A DNA stretch of 64,000 nucleotides from Dehalococcoidia bacterium (GTDB lineage Bacteria > Chloroflexota > Dehalococcoidia > UBA2979). The notes beneath the pieces were generated by a model that did no database searches, had not been told where the DNA came from, and worked only from the letters and a program-made list of their open reading frames with translations. Shown in pieces: positions 10,346 to 19,338 of the stretch. A program made the translations under genes and the position numbers. The DNA is taken from contig CAXXDN010000002.1 of assembly GCA_963667465.2 (NCBI GenBank), forward strand, positions 160,001 to 224,000, given 5' to 3'. The stretch's first letter is position 1. Every line of letters begins with the position of its first letter.

Positions 10346-11125
10346 ATGACCGACGACGCCCCCTCGGTCACCCGCTTCGGTCAGGCCGATCTCCAGATCC
10401 ACACGGCGCACGGCGACGGCATGGCGGACGCGCGCGCGCTGCTCGACCACGTCGAGCAGTACACGGACCTCGACGTCCTCGCGGTTACCGACCACGACGA
10501 CGTGGAGGGCGCGCTGAAGGCGCGCGAGCTGCACGCGCAGGGCAACTACCGTTTCGAGTTCGTGCCCGGCATCGAGCTGACCACCCGCTCCGGCCACCTG
10601 CTCGCGCTCTGGGTCGACGAGCCGCTGCCGACGCTGCGGCCCCTCGAGGAGTCCGTGGCGGCCGTACACCGGGCGGGCGGGCTGGCGGTCGCGCCGCATC
10701 CGTTCTCCTGGCTGACGCGCTCAATCGGGCAGCGCGCACTGGAGCGGGTGCTGGCCAGCGAGGACGCCGCCGTCCACCCGGACGGCATCGAGGTTGCGAA
10801 CCCCAGCCTCGCCGGCCGCGTGACGGGCGCGAAGGCGCGGCGCCTCAACGCCGAGCGCTACGGCCTGGCGGAGACCGGCGGCAGCGACGCACACTTCCTG
10901 GAGCACGTCGGCAGCGCGACGACGCAGTTCAAGGGCCGAACGGCTGCCGAACTGCGTGCCGCGATCGAGCAGCGGCGCTGCTCGGGAGTCACGCACGGCG
11001 CGCCCGGACTGCGCACGATCGGCGTGCGGCGGCTGGCGGAGCAGCAGGTGCGCGGGCTCGCCGTCACGCCGCGCAAGGTCGTGGGCGAGCGCTGGCGGCG
11101 GCTGCGGGAGGTGGCGCGACGATGA
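10346..11125 (+). CDS. PHP-domain metallophosphoesterase
   Basis: DLQIHT..DG, VTDHD, GIELTT..GH, PHP, GGSDAH. Confidence 0.9.
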   Translation: MTDDAPSVTRFGQADLQIHTAHGDGMADARALLDHVEQYTDLDVLAVTDHDDVEGALKARELHAQGNYRFEFVPGIELTTRSGHLLALWVDEPLPTLRPLEESVAAVHRAGGLAVAPHPFSWLTRSIGQRALERVLASEDAAVHPDGIEVANPSLAGRVTGAKARRLNAERYGLAETGGSDAHFLEHVGSATTQFKGRTAAELRAAIEQRRCSGVTHGAPGLRTIGVRRLAEQQVRGLAVTPRKVVGERWRRLREVARR

Positions 11126-12294
11126 AGATAGCGCTCGTCTCCCCCTACGACTGGGTCACCCCCGGCGGGGTCAACAAGCACATCGAGCAGCTCTCGGCGC
11201 GCTTCGAGGACTACGGCCACGAGCCGGTCATTCTCGCTCCTGCCAGCGTCCCGGTGGACGACCCGCGCGTCCGCGTGATCGGCCGCCCCACGCCCGTGCC
11301 CGCCTCGGGCTCGATGGCGCGCATCGCCCTGTCGCCCCGGCTGGGCCGGCGCGTGCGCAGCGTCCTCGAGGAGGAAGCGTTCGACGTGGTCCACGTGCAC
11401 GAGCCGCTGATGCCGACGCTGCCGATCCAGGTGCTGCGCAACTCGCGCGCGGCGAACCCGGACGTCGTCAACGTCGGCACCTTCCACGCCACGAAGGACG
11501 GCGGCAACCGCCTCTACTCCTACGGCCGCCGGTTGCTTAAGCGCTGGTACCGCGAGCTGGACGGCAAGATCACCGTCTCCCCGCCCGCCGGGCGCTACGT
11601 CGGTCGCTACTTCCCCGGCTTCTACAACGTCATCCCCAACGGCATCGAGGTGGCCCGCTTCGCCGACCCGACGCTGGAACCGATTCCCGGCCTCGACGAC
11701 GGGCTGGTCAACATCCTCTACGTCGGGCGCGCCGAGAAGCGGAAAGGGCTCGCGCACCTGCTGCGCGCCTTCGGCATCGTCAACGCGCGCGATCCGGCCA
11801 CCCGCCTGATCGTCGTCGGGCCCGACTCGCGAGGAAAGCGCCGCTACCGCGCCTCGATGGAGCGCACCGGGCGCCGCGGCATCCTCTTCGTCGACGACGT
11901 GTCGGACGAGGATCTGCCGCGCTACTACCGCAGCGCCGACATCTTCTGCTCGCCGGCGACGGGCCACGAGTCGCAGGGCTACGTGCTGCTGGAGGCGCTC
12001 TCCTCGGGTGTCCCGATCGTCGCCTCGAACATCGACGGCTACGCCTCGGTCGTCACGGACGAGGTCGAGGGCCTGCTCGTGCGGCCACGCGATCCGATGT
12101 CGCTGGCGGACGGACTGACGCGGCTGGTGCGCAGCCGCGAGCTGCGCGTGGAGCTGGTCAAGGCGGGCCGCCAGCGCGTCGAGACCTACTCCTGGCCGCG
12201 CGTTACCCGCCGGGTACTCTCCTACTACGAGCGACTGCGCTACGATCGCGCGACCCACACTCGCGCGGTGCAAGCCGCCGCGCGGCTCGACTAG
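11122..12294 (+). CDS. GT4 glycosyltransferase, PimA-like
   Basis: MKIALVSPYDW..PGGVNKH, HVHEP, GRAEKRKG, ESQGYVLLEA; ATG overlaps the PHP stop. Confidence 0.88.
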   Translation: MKIALVSPYDWVTPGGVNKHIEQLSARFEDYGHEPVILAPASVPVDDPRVRVIGRPTPVPASGSMARIALSPRLGRRVRSVLEEEAFDVVHVHEPLMPTLPIQVLRNSRAANPDVVNVGTFHATKDGGNRLYSYGRRLLKRWYRELDGKITVSPPAGRYVGRYFPGFYNVIPNGIEVARFADPTLEPIPGLDDGLVNILYVGRAEKRKGLAHLLRAFGIVNARDPATRLIVVGPDSRGKRRYRASMERTGRRGILFVDDVSDEDLPRYYRSADIFCSPATGHESQGYVLLEALSSGVPIVASNIDGYASVVTDEVEGLLVRPRDPMSLADGLTRLVRSRELRVELVKAGRQRVETYSWPRVTRRVLSYYERLRYDRATHTRAVQAAARLD

Positions 12295-12319
12295 CGATCG
12301 CGGCAAGGAGCGCGCGGCG

Positions 12320-12931
12320 ATGACGATGATCCCGCGCCTTCTGCCCTCGCGCCTCCCCGCGGTGATCCTCGACCCGATCGTGCGCGTGCTGATCGCGCTG
12401 CGCATCACGCCGAACGTGATCACGGTCGTGGGCTTCCTCGGCGCCGTCGCGGCCGCCGCGCTGATCGCAAACGGCGAATTGCTGATCGGCGGCATCGCGC
12501 TGCTGATCGCCGGCGCGCTCGATCTGTTCGACGGCGCGCTGGCGCGCGCGACGGGGCGCGCCGGGCCGGTCGGCGCGCTGCTCGACTCCACGCTCGACCG
12601 CGCTTCGGAGGCGGTCGTGCTGTTCGGCGTGCTGCTCTATCAGCTCGACCGCGGGAACGACGAGCAGGCGGCGCTCGTCTTCGTCGCGCTTGCGGGCTCC
12701 TTCCTCGTCTCCTACGTACGCACCCGGGCGGGCGAACTCGGTTCCGAGGTTTCCGCGGGCCTGGCGACGCGGCCGGAGCGCGTGGTGCTGCTGGCGGTGG
12801 GGTTGATGACGGGCTGGCTGCGCCCGGTGCTGTGGATCCTCGCGGTCGCCACGGTGCTGACGGCGTTGCAACGGCTGGTAATCGCAATCGGCGCGCTGCG
12901 GCGCGCGGGGACGACGGAAGGCGGCGATTGA
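12320..12931 (+). CDS. CDP-alcohol phosphatidyltransferase (PI-phosphate synthase-like)
   Basis: TPNVIT, DLFDGALAR...GALLDSTLDR, SYVRTRA, RPER. Confidence 0.92.
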   Translation: MTMIPRLLPSRLPAVILDPIVRVLIALRITPNVITVVGFLGAVAAAALIANGELLIGGIALLIAGALDLFDGALARATGRAGPVGALLDSTLDRASEAVVLFGVLLYQLDRGNDEQAALVFVALAGSFLVSYVRTRAGELGSEVSAGLATRPERVVLLAVGLMTGWLRPVLWILAVATVLTALQRLVIAIGALRRAGTTEGGD

Positions 12932-12932
12932 G

Positions 12933-13765
12933 GTGGTAAGCAGCGAACAGGTGATCCCGCGCGAACAACGGCCCGCGATCGCGAACTACCTCTCGCAACG
13001 CCTCGCGGACCGGTTGCGATGGAGACCTGGACGCAGCGTGAGTCCACGCTCGTCCGCACGGATCGCGACCCCTGCATGTTCTGCGAGCCGGTCGCCAGCG
13101 CCGCGAGGCAGCTCGCCGCGCTGCACCCGCTGATCTCGATCACCCCCTACGACATCGACACGCACGCCGATCGCGCAGCCGAGGCCGGCATCGAGCGCCC
13201 GCCGGTGACCGTGCTGCGAGGTCGCAACGGCCGCGAGGTGCGCTTCGTCGGGCTCTGGTCCGGCCTGCTCTTCTCCTCCTTCATGGACGCGCTCGTCTAC
13301 GTCGGCGCGGGCGTCGCCCCGATCCAGCCCGAGACCCGCGAGGCGCTGCACGAGATCGAGGAGGAACTGCGCCTCGAGCTGCTGATCGCGCCCTACGACC
13401 CGTACTCCGCGTACACGCTGCGTGTCGCCTCCGCGTTCGCGGTCGAGGGGCGCCGAGTGCGCCTCGAGGCGATCGAGGTCTCCGAGTTCCCGCGGCTGGC
13501 GCAGGCCCGGATGGTGACCGAGCTGCCGCTGCTGGTCGTGAACGGCCGCCGCTTCACGGGCGCCTGGGACGAGCCCGACCTGCTCGAGCAGTTGAAGCGG
13601 GTCGTCGAGGGCAACGAAGAGCCGGTGGTGCGCGAGCGCATCCTCGTCTCGCCCTACATGGACGTGGAGCAGGCGCAGCAGTACGTCGCGCGCGAGCTGC
13701 AGGGCGAGGCCACCCCCGGCCAGCCGCCCACCACTCCGGGCGGCCTGATCATCCCCGGCCGCTAG
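12933..13765 (+). pseudogene. Two-domain thioredoxin-fold protein (PDO/AhpF-N-like) with apparent 1-bp frameshift near 13010
   Basis: ORF 12933 (..IANYLSQRLAD) joins ORF 13019 (METWTQ..CMFC) if one C is added at 13010; may be a sequencing error. Confidence 0.65.
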
Positions 13766-15290
13766 CCTGTCTTATCCGGACCACCGCGCGCCGCAGCGCG
13801 CTCGAAGGTCCCGCAGTTGCTGACGCGGATGCTACCTCGAAGGTGACACGTCCGGGGCCTGAGGCGACGAGGTAGATGTTGTCGTAATGGATGCGGCATC
13901 GGCTGCTCGTGTTGTCGGCGCGGTAGGTCCCCGGTGCGAGTTCGGAGGGGACGACGTAGACGCCGTCGCCGAAGGCTGTGAGTCGGTTCGGTGTGTGGGC
14001 TTCGAAGGTCCCGCAGTTGCTGGTGCTGACGCTGGACCATTCGGGTTGTACCTCGAAGGTGACGCGTCCGGGGCCTGAGGCGACGAGGTAGATGTTGTCG
14101 TAATGGATGCGGCATCGGCTGCTCGTGTCGTTGGCGCGGTAGGTCCCCGGTGCGAGTTCGGAGGGGACGACGTAGACGCCGTCGCCGAAGGCTGTGAGCT
14201 GAATCGGCGTGTGAGCTTCGAAGGTCCCGCAGTTGCTGGTGCTGACACTGGACCACTCGGCTCGTACCTCGAGGGTGACGCGTCCGGGGCCTGATGCGAC
14301 GAGGTAGATGTTGTCGTAATGGATGCGGCATCGGCTGCTCGTGTTGTCGGCGCGGTACGTTCCCGGCGCGAGTTCGGAAGGCACCAGGTAGACGCCGTCA
14401 CCGAAGGCTTCGGGAGGCGTAGCCGTTCGGGTGGGTGTGGGCGCAGCTGCCGCTGCGGGCGTTGCGGTCGGAGTGGGTACGGCCGTCGCGGTCGGAGTGG
14501 GTAGGGCCGTCGCCACCATCGTGGGCGTAACCGCCGGAGTGGGCGCGGCTGCTGTGTGCGTAGGCGAAGGAGTGGGCGTCGCTGCAGCTGTGGGCGTGGT
14601 TGTGGGCGGATCGGCGGTCGCTGCAGGCGAGGGCGTGTTGGTGCTCGCAGCTACAGGCGCCGGCGCTGCAGCCGGCTCCGGCCACAGGTGTGTTGCCTGC
14701 GGCGTAGGTGCTGGCGGAGCGGTTGTTGGTGCACGGGCTGGTGTTGCGGTTGGCGCGGTCGAGCGGCTGACGATCGGTGCTGGCGTCGATCGGCGCAGAG
14801 GCGTCGGCGTCGCAGTCCGAAACACCGCCGTGGCGCGCCTTGTGGCCGCTGGTGTCGAACTGTCGTCGGACTCTAGCTGTCCTGCGACGGCTATGCCGAC
14901 AATGCCGACGGCGAGGACTGCCAGCAGCAGAGTCCATGGTCCGATCCTGGATCGTGAGCGGCTCGGTGGCTGCTCAGCGCTCGCCTGTCGCCGTCCTGCT
15001 CCAGGTGGCCTCTGCGCCGATCGCGGTCCAGCTCCCGATGCGCCGCCGCGCGTTTCGGCACGTGGCCCTCCGGCCCGCCAGATATCGTACGCCTGCCGCT
15101 GCTCCGGGCTCGACAGGACCCGGAAGGCGGCGTTGAGCCGCACCATGCGCGCTGCATCGGGCTCCACAGTGCTGTCTGGGTGGTACTTGCGCGCGAGTCG
15201 CCTGTACGCGGCCTGGATGACCTCGGCCGAGGCGTTCGAGGAGACTTCGAGCTCCTCGTAGAGATCGGAGTCAGGAAAGCCCTCGTTCAT
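13749..15290 (-). CDS. J-domain membrane protein with Pro/Thr/Ala linker and three Cys-containing repeats
   Basis: DLYEELEV..AYRRLARKYHPD; TM LLLAVLAVGIVGIAVAG; repeats FGDGVYVVPSELAPGTYR..C..SNCGTF. Confidence 0.85.
   Translation of the reverse strand: MNEGFPDSDLYEELEVSSNASAEVIQAAYRRLARKYHPDSTVEPDAARMVRLNAAFRVLSSPEQRQAYDIWRAGGPRAETRGGASGAGPRSAQRPPGAGRRQASAEQPPSRSRSRIGPWTLLLAVLAVGIVGIAVAGQLESDDSSTPAATRRATAVFRTATPTPLRRSTPAPIVSRSTAPTATPARAPTTAPPAPTPQATHLWPEPAAAPAPVAASTNTPSPAATADPPTTTPTAAATPTPSPTHTAAAPTPAVTPTMVATALPTPTATAVPTPTATPAAAAAPTPTRTATPPEAFGDGVYLVPSELAPGTYRADNTSSRCRIHYDNIYLVASGPGRVTLEVRAEWSSVSTSNCGTFEAHTPIQLTAFGDGVYVVPSELAPGTYRANDTSSRCRIHYDNIYLVASGPGRVTFEVQPEWSSVSTSNCGTFEAHTPNRLTAFGDGVYVVPSELAPGTYRADNTSSRCRIHYDNIYLVASGPGRVTFEVASASATAGPSSALRRAVVRIRQASGRG
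13800..14409. repeat. 216-bp intragenic tandem repeat x3 (last copy shortened)
   Basis: Near-identical blocks recur at 13887, 14103 and 14319. Confidence 0.95.
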
Positions 15291-15305
15291 CGCAGCGGCC
15301 GGCCG

Positions 15306-16727
15306 CTAGCCGGACCGCCGCGAGATGTAGATCGCGCCTCCGGCGAGCCCGCCGCCGAGCAGCAGCGTGACGAGGCCTACCACGATGGCGATCATGGTGT
15401 TCGAGCGGTCGCCGTCCTCGCTCGCCGCGGCGGCCGTCGCTTCGGGGTCGGCTGCGGCGGTCGGTGCGGGGGCCGCCGACTCGGAGGTCGCGGCCGGGGT
15501 TGCCTCCTCGCGGTCGCCGGAGCTGCCGCTCGACCCGATCGAGGTCGGGATCGCGAGCGGCGCGCGGGTCGCCTCGGCGACCGGGGCGGCGGTCGCCTCG
15601 ACGCGCGGCGCGTAGTCGATCGCCTCGAGGCCCTTGGCGGTGCGCCAGAGGTTGTAGAGCCCGTCCTGGTCGACGCCGTAGACCTGTTGCAGGCCGCTGT
15701 CGGTGGACGCGCCCTCCCGGATGACGCGGAACAGCTCGGCGAACTGCTGCTCACCGAACTCCTCGAGCATGTAGTCCACCACGGACCAGGATTGGCCGTA
15801 GAAGAGGTTGATCTCGTTGGGGTTGTTCGAGGATGACTCCATGTTGCGCAGCCGGATCGTGCGGTCCGCAGCGATCGCGAAGGCGACGGCGTCGTCGTAG
15901 TCCAGCTGCGAGTTCTGCATGAAGACCGCCGTGCCCTCGTCCAGCCACGAGGGGATGCTGGTGAAGGGACCGTCGCCGGCGACCGAGGTGACGATGTGCG
16001 CCGCCTCGTGGCGCACGACGTCGATCGTCGCCGAGAACACGAACAGCAGATCGGACCCCACCCGCTGGCCGCCGGTCCGCACGAGCTCGTCGAAGACCAG
16101 GCCGCGCGAACGCATCGCCAGCTCGCCGTCTGCTTCGGAGGCCCAGACCATCACGCGCACCGGGAAGGGCACGCTCACCTGCAGCAGGTCCTCCGTGTCC
16201 TCGAGCGATGAGCGGGTCGCCTGCGCGACGCCCCGGGCGCGGTCGTGGTCGGTGCCGTAGTAGTAGACGGTCACGTCGCCCTCGCGGACGGAGACCCAGG
16301 GGTAGCGGCCGTCGAGGAAGAGGTAGCTCTGCTCCTCGGTCACGAAGCTGGATCCGTCGGCGCCGGTAAGGTGCCAGTGGTAGCGGAACTGCGAGCCGAT
16401 CGGGATGTAGCGCTGGCTGGTCCGCGTCTCGAGGGTGACGGAGACATCGAACTCCCGGCCGGCTTCGAAGTCTTCGCGGAGCACGCTCCCGCCGACGTCG
16501 CCCTCCTTGGGGTTGAGTACGCGGTAGACGAGCTCCGCCTGCTGCAGCCCGCCCGGGGCGGCGATGCGGGCGCTGAAGGTGATCGCGGTGGGATCGGGGC
16601 TGCGTACGCGCAGCTCGGACACCTCGATGTCCTCGGCGTTCGCGGCGCCCGGCAGGGCGAGGGCGAGGGCGAGCGCCGCAAGCAGCGAGCAGCTCCGCAC
16701 GGCCTGGAGCAATCGTGCCTGCGCCAT
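15306..16727 (-). CDS. Secreted, C-anchored peptidase MA-family zinc metallopeptidase
   Basis: Signal peptide, HEAAH..PSWLDEGTA, FYGQSWSVV, C-terminal TM. Confidence 0.85.
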   Translation of the reverse strand: MAQARLLQAVRSCSLLAALALALALPGAANAEDIEVSELRVRSPDPTAITFSARIAAPGGLQQAELVYRVLNPKEGDVGGSVLREDFEAGREFDVSVTLETRTSQRYIPIGSQFRYHWHLTGADGSSFVTEEQSYLFLDGRYPWVSVREGDVTVYYYGTDHDRARGVAQATRSSLEDTEDLLQVSVPFPVRVMVWASEADGELAMRSRGLVFDELVRTGGQRVGSDLLFVFSATIDVVRHEAAHIVTSVAGDGPFTSIPSWLDEGTAVFMQNSQLDYDDAVAFAIAADRTIRLRNMESSSNNPNEINLFYGQSWSVVDYMLEEFGEQQFAELFRVIREGASTDSGLQQVYGVDQDGLYNLWRTAKGLEAIDYAPRVEATAAPVAEATRAPLAIPTSIGSSGSSGDREEATPAATSESAAPAPTAAADPEATAAAASEDGDRSNTMIAIVVGLVTLLLGGGLAGGAIYISRRSG

Positions 16728-17855
16728 CAGTTTCCTCCGGGCTCGGCGACGCCCACCTGCTCGCGCAGCCAGGCGCGGATGAAGCCGTCGATCTCGCCGT
16801 CGAGGACGGCGTTGGTGTCGCTGGTCTCGAGGTTGGTGCGGAGGTCCTTGGCCATGCGGTAGGGGTGCAGCACGTAGGAGCGGATCTGGTTGCCCCAGCC
16901 GGGCTGCACGTGATCGCCCTTGATGCGGGCGAGTTCCGCCTCGCGCTTCTCCAGCTCGATCTCGAGTAGCCGGGAACGCAGCACCTGCATGGCAGCCTCG
17001 CGGTTACGCAGCTGGGAGCGCTCGTTCTGACAGGTCACCACGATACCAGTCGACAGGTGTGTGAGGCGCACGGCGGTGTCGTTCTTCTGCACGTTCTGGC
17101 CGCCGTGGCCGCTCGCGCGGTAGGTGTCGACGCGCAGCTCCTCGGGCCGAATCTCGATCTCGATGTCCTCGTCCTGCGCCTCCGGCATCACCTCAACGAG
17201 GGCGAAGCTGGTGTGGCGGGAGTTCGAGGCGTCGAAGGGCGAGATGCGCACCAGCCGGTGTACGCCGCGCTCCGAGCGCAGCAACCCGTAGGCGTCCTCG
17301 CCGCCGACGCGGATCGAGACGGACTTGATGCCGGCCTCGTCACCGGAGGAGATCGACACGACCTGTGTCTGGTACCGGTGGCGCTCGGCCCAGCGCAGGT
17401 ACATGCGGAGCAGCATCTCCACCCAGTCCTGTGCCTCGGTGCCGCCGGCCCCGGCGTGGATCGCCAGCACGGCGCTGTGGTCGTCGTAGGGCCCGCCGAG
17501 GGTGAGCGCGACCTCCAGCTCCTCGAACTGCGCCTCGAGGCCGCCGAGCTCCTCCTCGATGTCGCGCTCGAGGGCGGCGTGGTCCTCGCCGGCGGTATCG
17601 TCGGCGAGTTCGGCGAGGTCGGCGAGGTCCGCGGAGCGCCGTTCGAGCGAGCGCCAGGTCTCGACCTGCCGTTCGAGGCGGGCGACGCGCTTCATCAGCG
17701 CCTGTGCGCGTTCGGAGTCATCCCAGAGGTCGGGGGCGGCGGCCTGTGTGCGAGCCTCGGTCAGCTCGCGCTCACGAGCGGGCAGGTCAAAGGCGCACCT
17801 GCACATCCCGCACGCGCTCGAGGAGTTCGGCCAGACGCTGCCGCAGATCGTCCAT
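16727..17855 (-). CDS. prfB: Peptide chain release factor 2 with programmed +1 frameshift
   Basis: ATG 17855, 22 codons (MDDLRQRL..VRL), then CTT TGA C (17792-17786); SPF and GGQ motifs in the +1 frame. Confidence 0.97.
17786..17800 (-). promoter_or_regulatory. prfB frameshift site
   Basis: AGGTG-cgc-CTTTGAC: internal SD-like element, 3-nt spacer, slippery CTT TGA. Confidence 0.93.
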
Positions 17856-17918
17856 GCCTCGATCTTCGCACGCGCGGGCGCAGAGCGCGAAGCGGCCCTG
17901 CGGGTGGGAGCTGACCCG

Positions 17919-18797
17919 CTACGCCACCCCCGCGGCCCGCAGGGTATTCACCAGCAGCATCGCGATGGTCATCGGGCCGACTCCGCCAGGGACCGGCGTG
18001 ACCGCCGCGGCGACCTGCGAGACGCCCTCGAAGTCCACGTCGCCCGCGAGGCGCCAGCCGCGCTTGCGCGTGGCGTCGTCGACGCGGTTCGTGCCGACGT
18101 CGATGACGACGGCGCCGGGGCGCACCATCCCGGCCGTTACGGTGTTTGGCCGGCCCGCCGCGACGACGAGGATCTCGGCCTCGCGGGTGACGGCGGCGAG
18201 GTCGCTCGTGCCCGTGTGTGCCAGCGTGACCGTCGCGTTCGCACCCTCCGCCTTCTGCCCCAGCAGCAGCGCCAGCGGCTTGCCGACCAGCGTCGAGCGG
18301 CCGACGACGACGACGCGCTTGCCTGCCGGGTCGACGCCTGTGCGCAGCAGCAGCTGCTGCACGCCCGCCGGAGTGGCGGGCACCAGGTGCGGCTCGCCCT
18401 GCACGAGCCTCCCGAGGTTCACCGGGTGCAGCCCGTCCACGTCCTTCGCTGGGTCGACGGCCTCGGTGATGACGCGCTCGTCGAGTTGCGGTGGGAGCGG
18501 GAGCTGCACGAGGACGCCCGAGACCACCGGATCGGCGTTGAGCCCGCGCACGATCTCCAGCAGCTCGTCCTGCGAGATGGCGGCGGGCGGCGTGAGCGTC
18601 TGCGCCTCGAGGCCGACCTCCTCGCAGGCGCGCGCCTTGTTGCGGACGTAGGTCGCCGAGGCGGGGTCGTCGCCGACGAGGACGGCGGTCAACTGCGGCG
18701 TCGCGCCTCCCGCCGCGACGTGCGCGCGCACGCGATCGGCGACCTCGCCGCGGATCGCCGCGGCGATCGCAGCGCCGTCGATTCTCTCGGCGGTCAT
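17919..18797 (-). CDS. folD: Methylene-THF dehydrogenase/cyclohydrolase
   Basis: YVRNK, VQLPLP, KDVDGLHP, GRSTLVGKP, TPVPGGVGPMT. Confidence 0.97.
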   Translation of the reverse strand: MTAERIDGAAIAAAIRGEVADRVRAHVAAGGATPQLTAVLVGDDPASATYVRNKARACEEVGLEAQTLTPPAAISQDELLEIVRGLNADPVVSGVLVQLPLPPQLDERVITEAVDPAKDVDGLHPVNLGRLVQGEPHLVPATPAGVQQLLLRTGVDPAGKRVVVVGRSTLVGKPLALLLGQKAEGANATVTLAHTGTSDLAAVTREAEILVVAAGRPNTVTAGMVRPGAVVIDVGTNRVDDATRKRGWRLAGDVDFEGVSQVAAAVTPVPGGVGPMTIAMLLVNTLRAAGVA

Positions 18798-18854
18798 CGG
18801 TGCACCCTCACGGGCGGAGAGTATAGCGGCCCGCGCGTGCTAGAATCGCGCGCC

Positions 18855-19298
18855 GTGAGCACGCACGCCGTCGGCGTCGACATGATCGAGATCACTCGCG
18901 TCGCCCGCGTCTTGCAGCGCCATCCTCGCCGCTTCCTCGATCGCGTATATACGCCCGAGGAAGTTGCGTTCTGCCGGGGCCGTGTACCGGAGCTGGCAGC
19001 CCGCTTCGCGGCGAAGGAGGCGGTGATGAAGGCGCTTGGCACGGGAGCGCGTTCTGTCGCCTGGCGCGACATCGAGGTGCTCCCGGACCGGCGCGGCAAG
19101 CCGCTCGTGTACCTCTACGGGGGCGCCGAGGCGCGCGCGGAGGTGATCGGGCTGCACGCGATCGATATCTCGCTCAGCCACCTCGCCGACTTCGCGGTCG
19201 CCGTCGTGGTCTCCTCGCAGGAGCGGCGCGAGCAGGAGCACGATGTAGCGCGCGCGAAGCTCGTCGAACGGCTGCGCGCCTCCGGGCGGCTACAGTGA
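18855..19298 (+). CDS. acpS: Holo-ACP synthase
   Basis: GVDMIEI.R, ARFAAKEAVMKALGTG, GKP, ISLSH; TGcTAGAAT 8 nt upstream of the GTG. Confidence 0.93.
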   Translation: MSTHAVGVDMIEITRVARVLQRHPRRFLDRVYTPEEVAFCRGRVPELAARFAAKEAVMKALGTGARSVAWRDIEVLPDRRGKPLVYLYGGAEARAEVIGLHAIDISLSHLADFAVAVVVSSQERREQEHDVARAKLVERLRASGRLQ

Positions 19299-19338
19299 GC
19301 ACGACGCACCATCGAGGGCGCAACGAGGGGACACACCC

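Noticed and set aside
17786-17855. prfB frameshift as novelty or pseudogene
   Set aside because: Well-known programmed +1 autoregulatory frameshift
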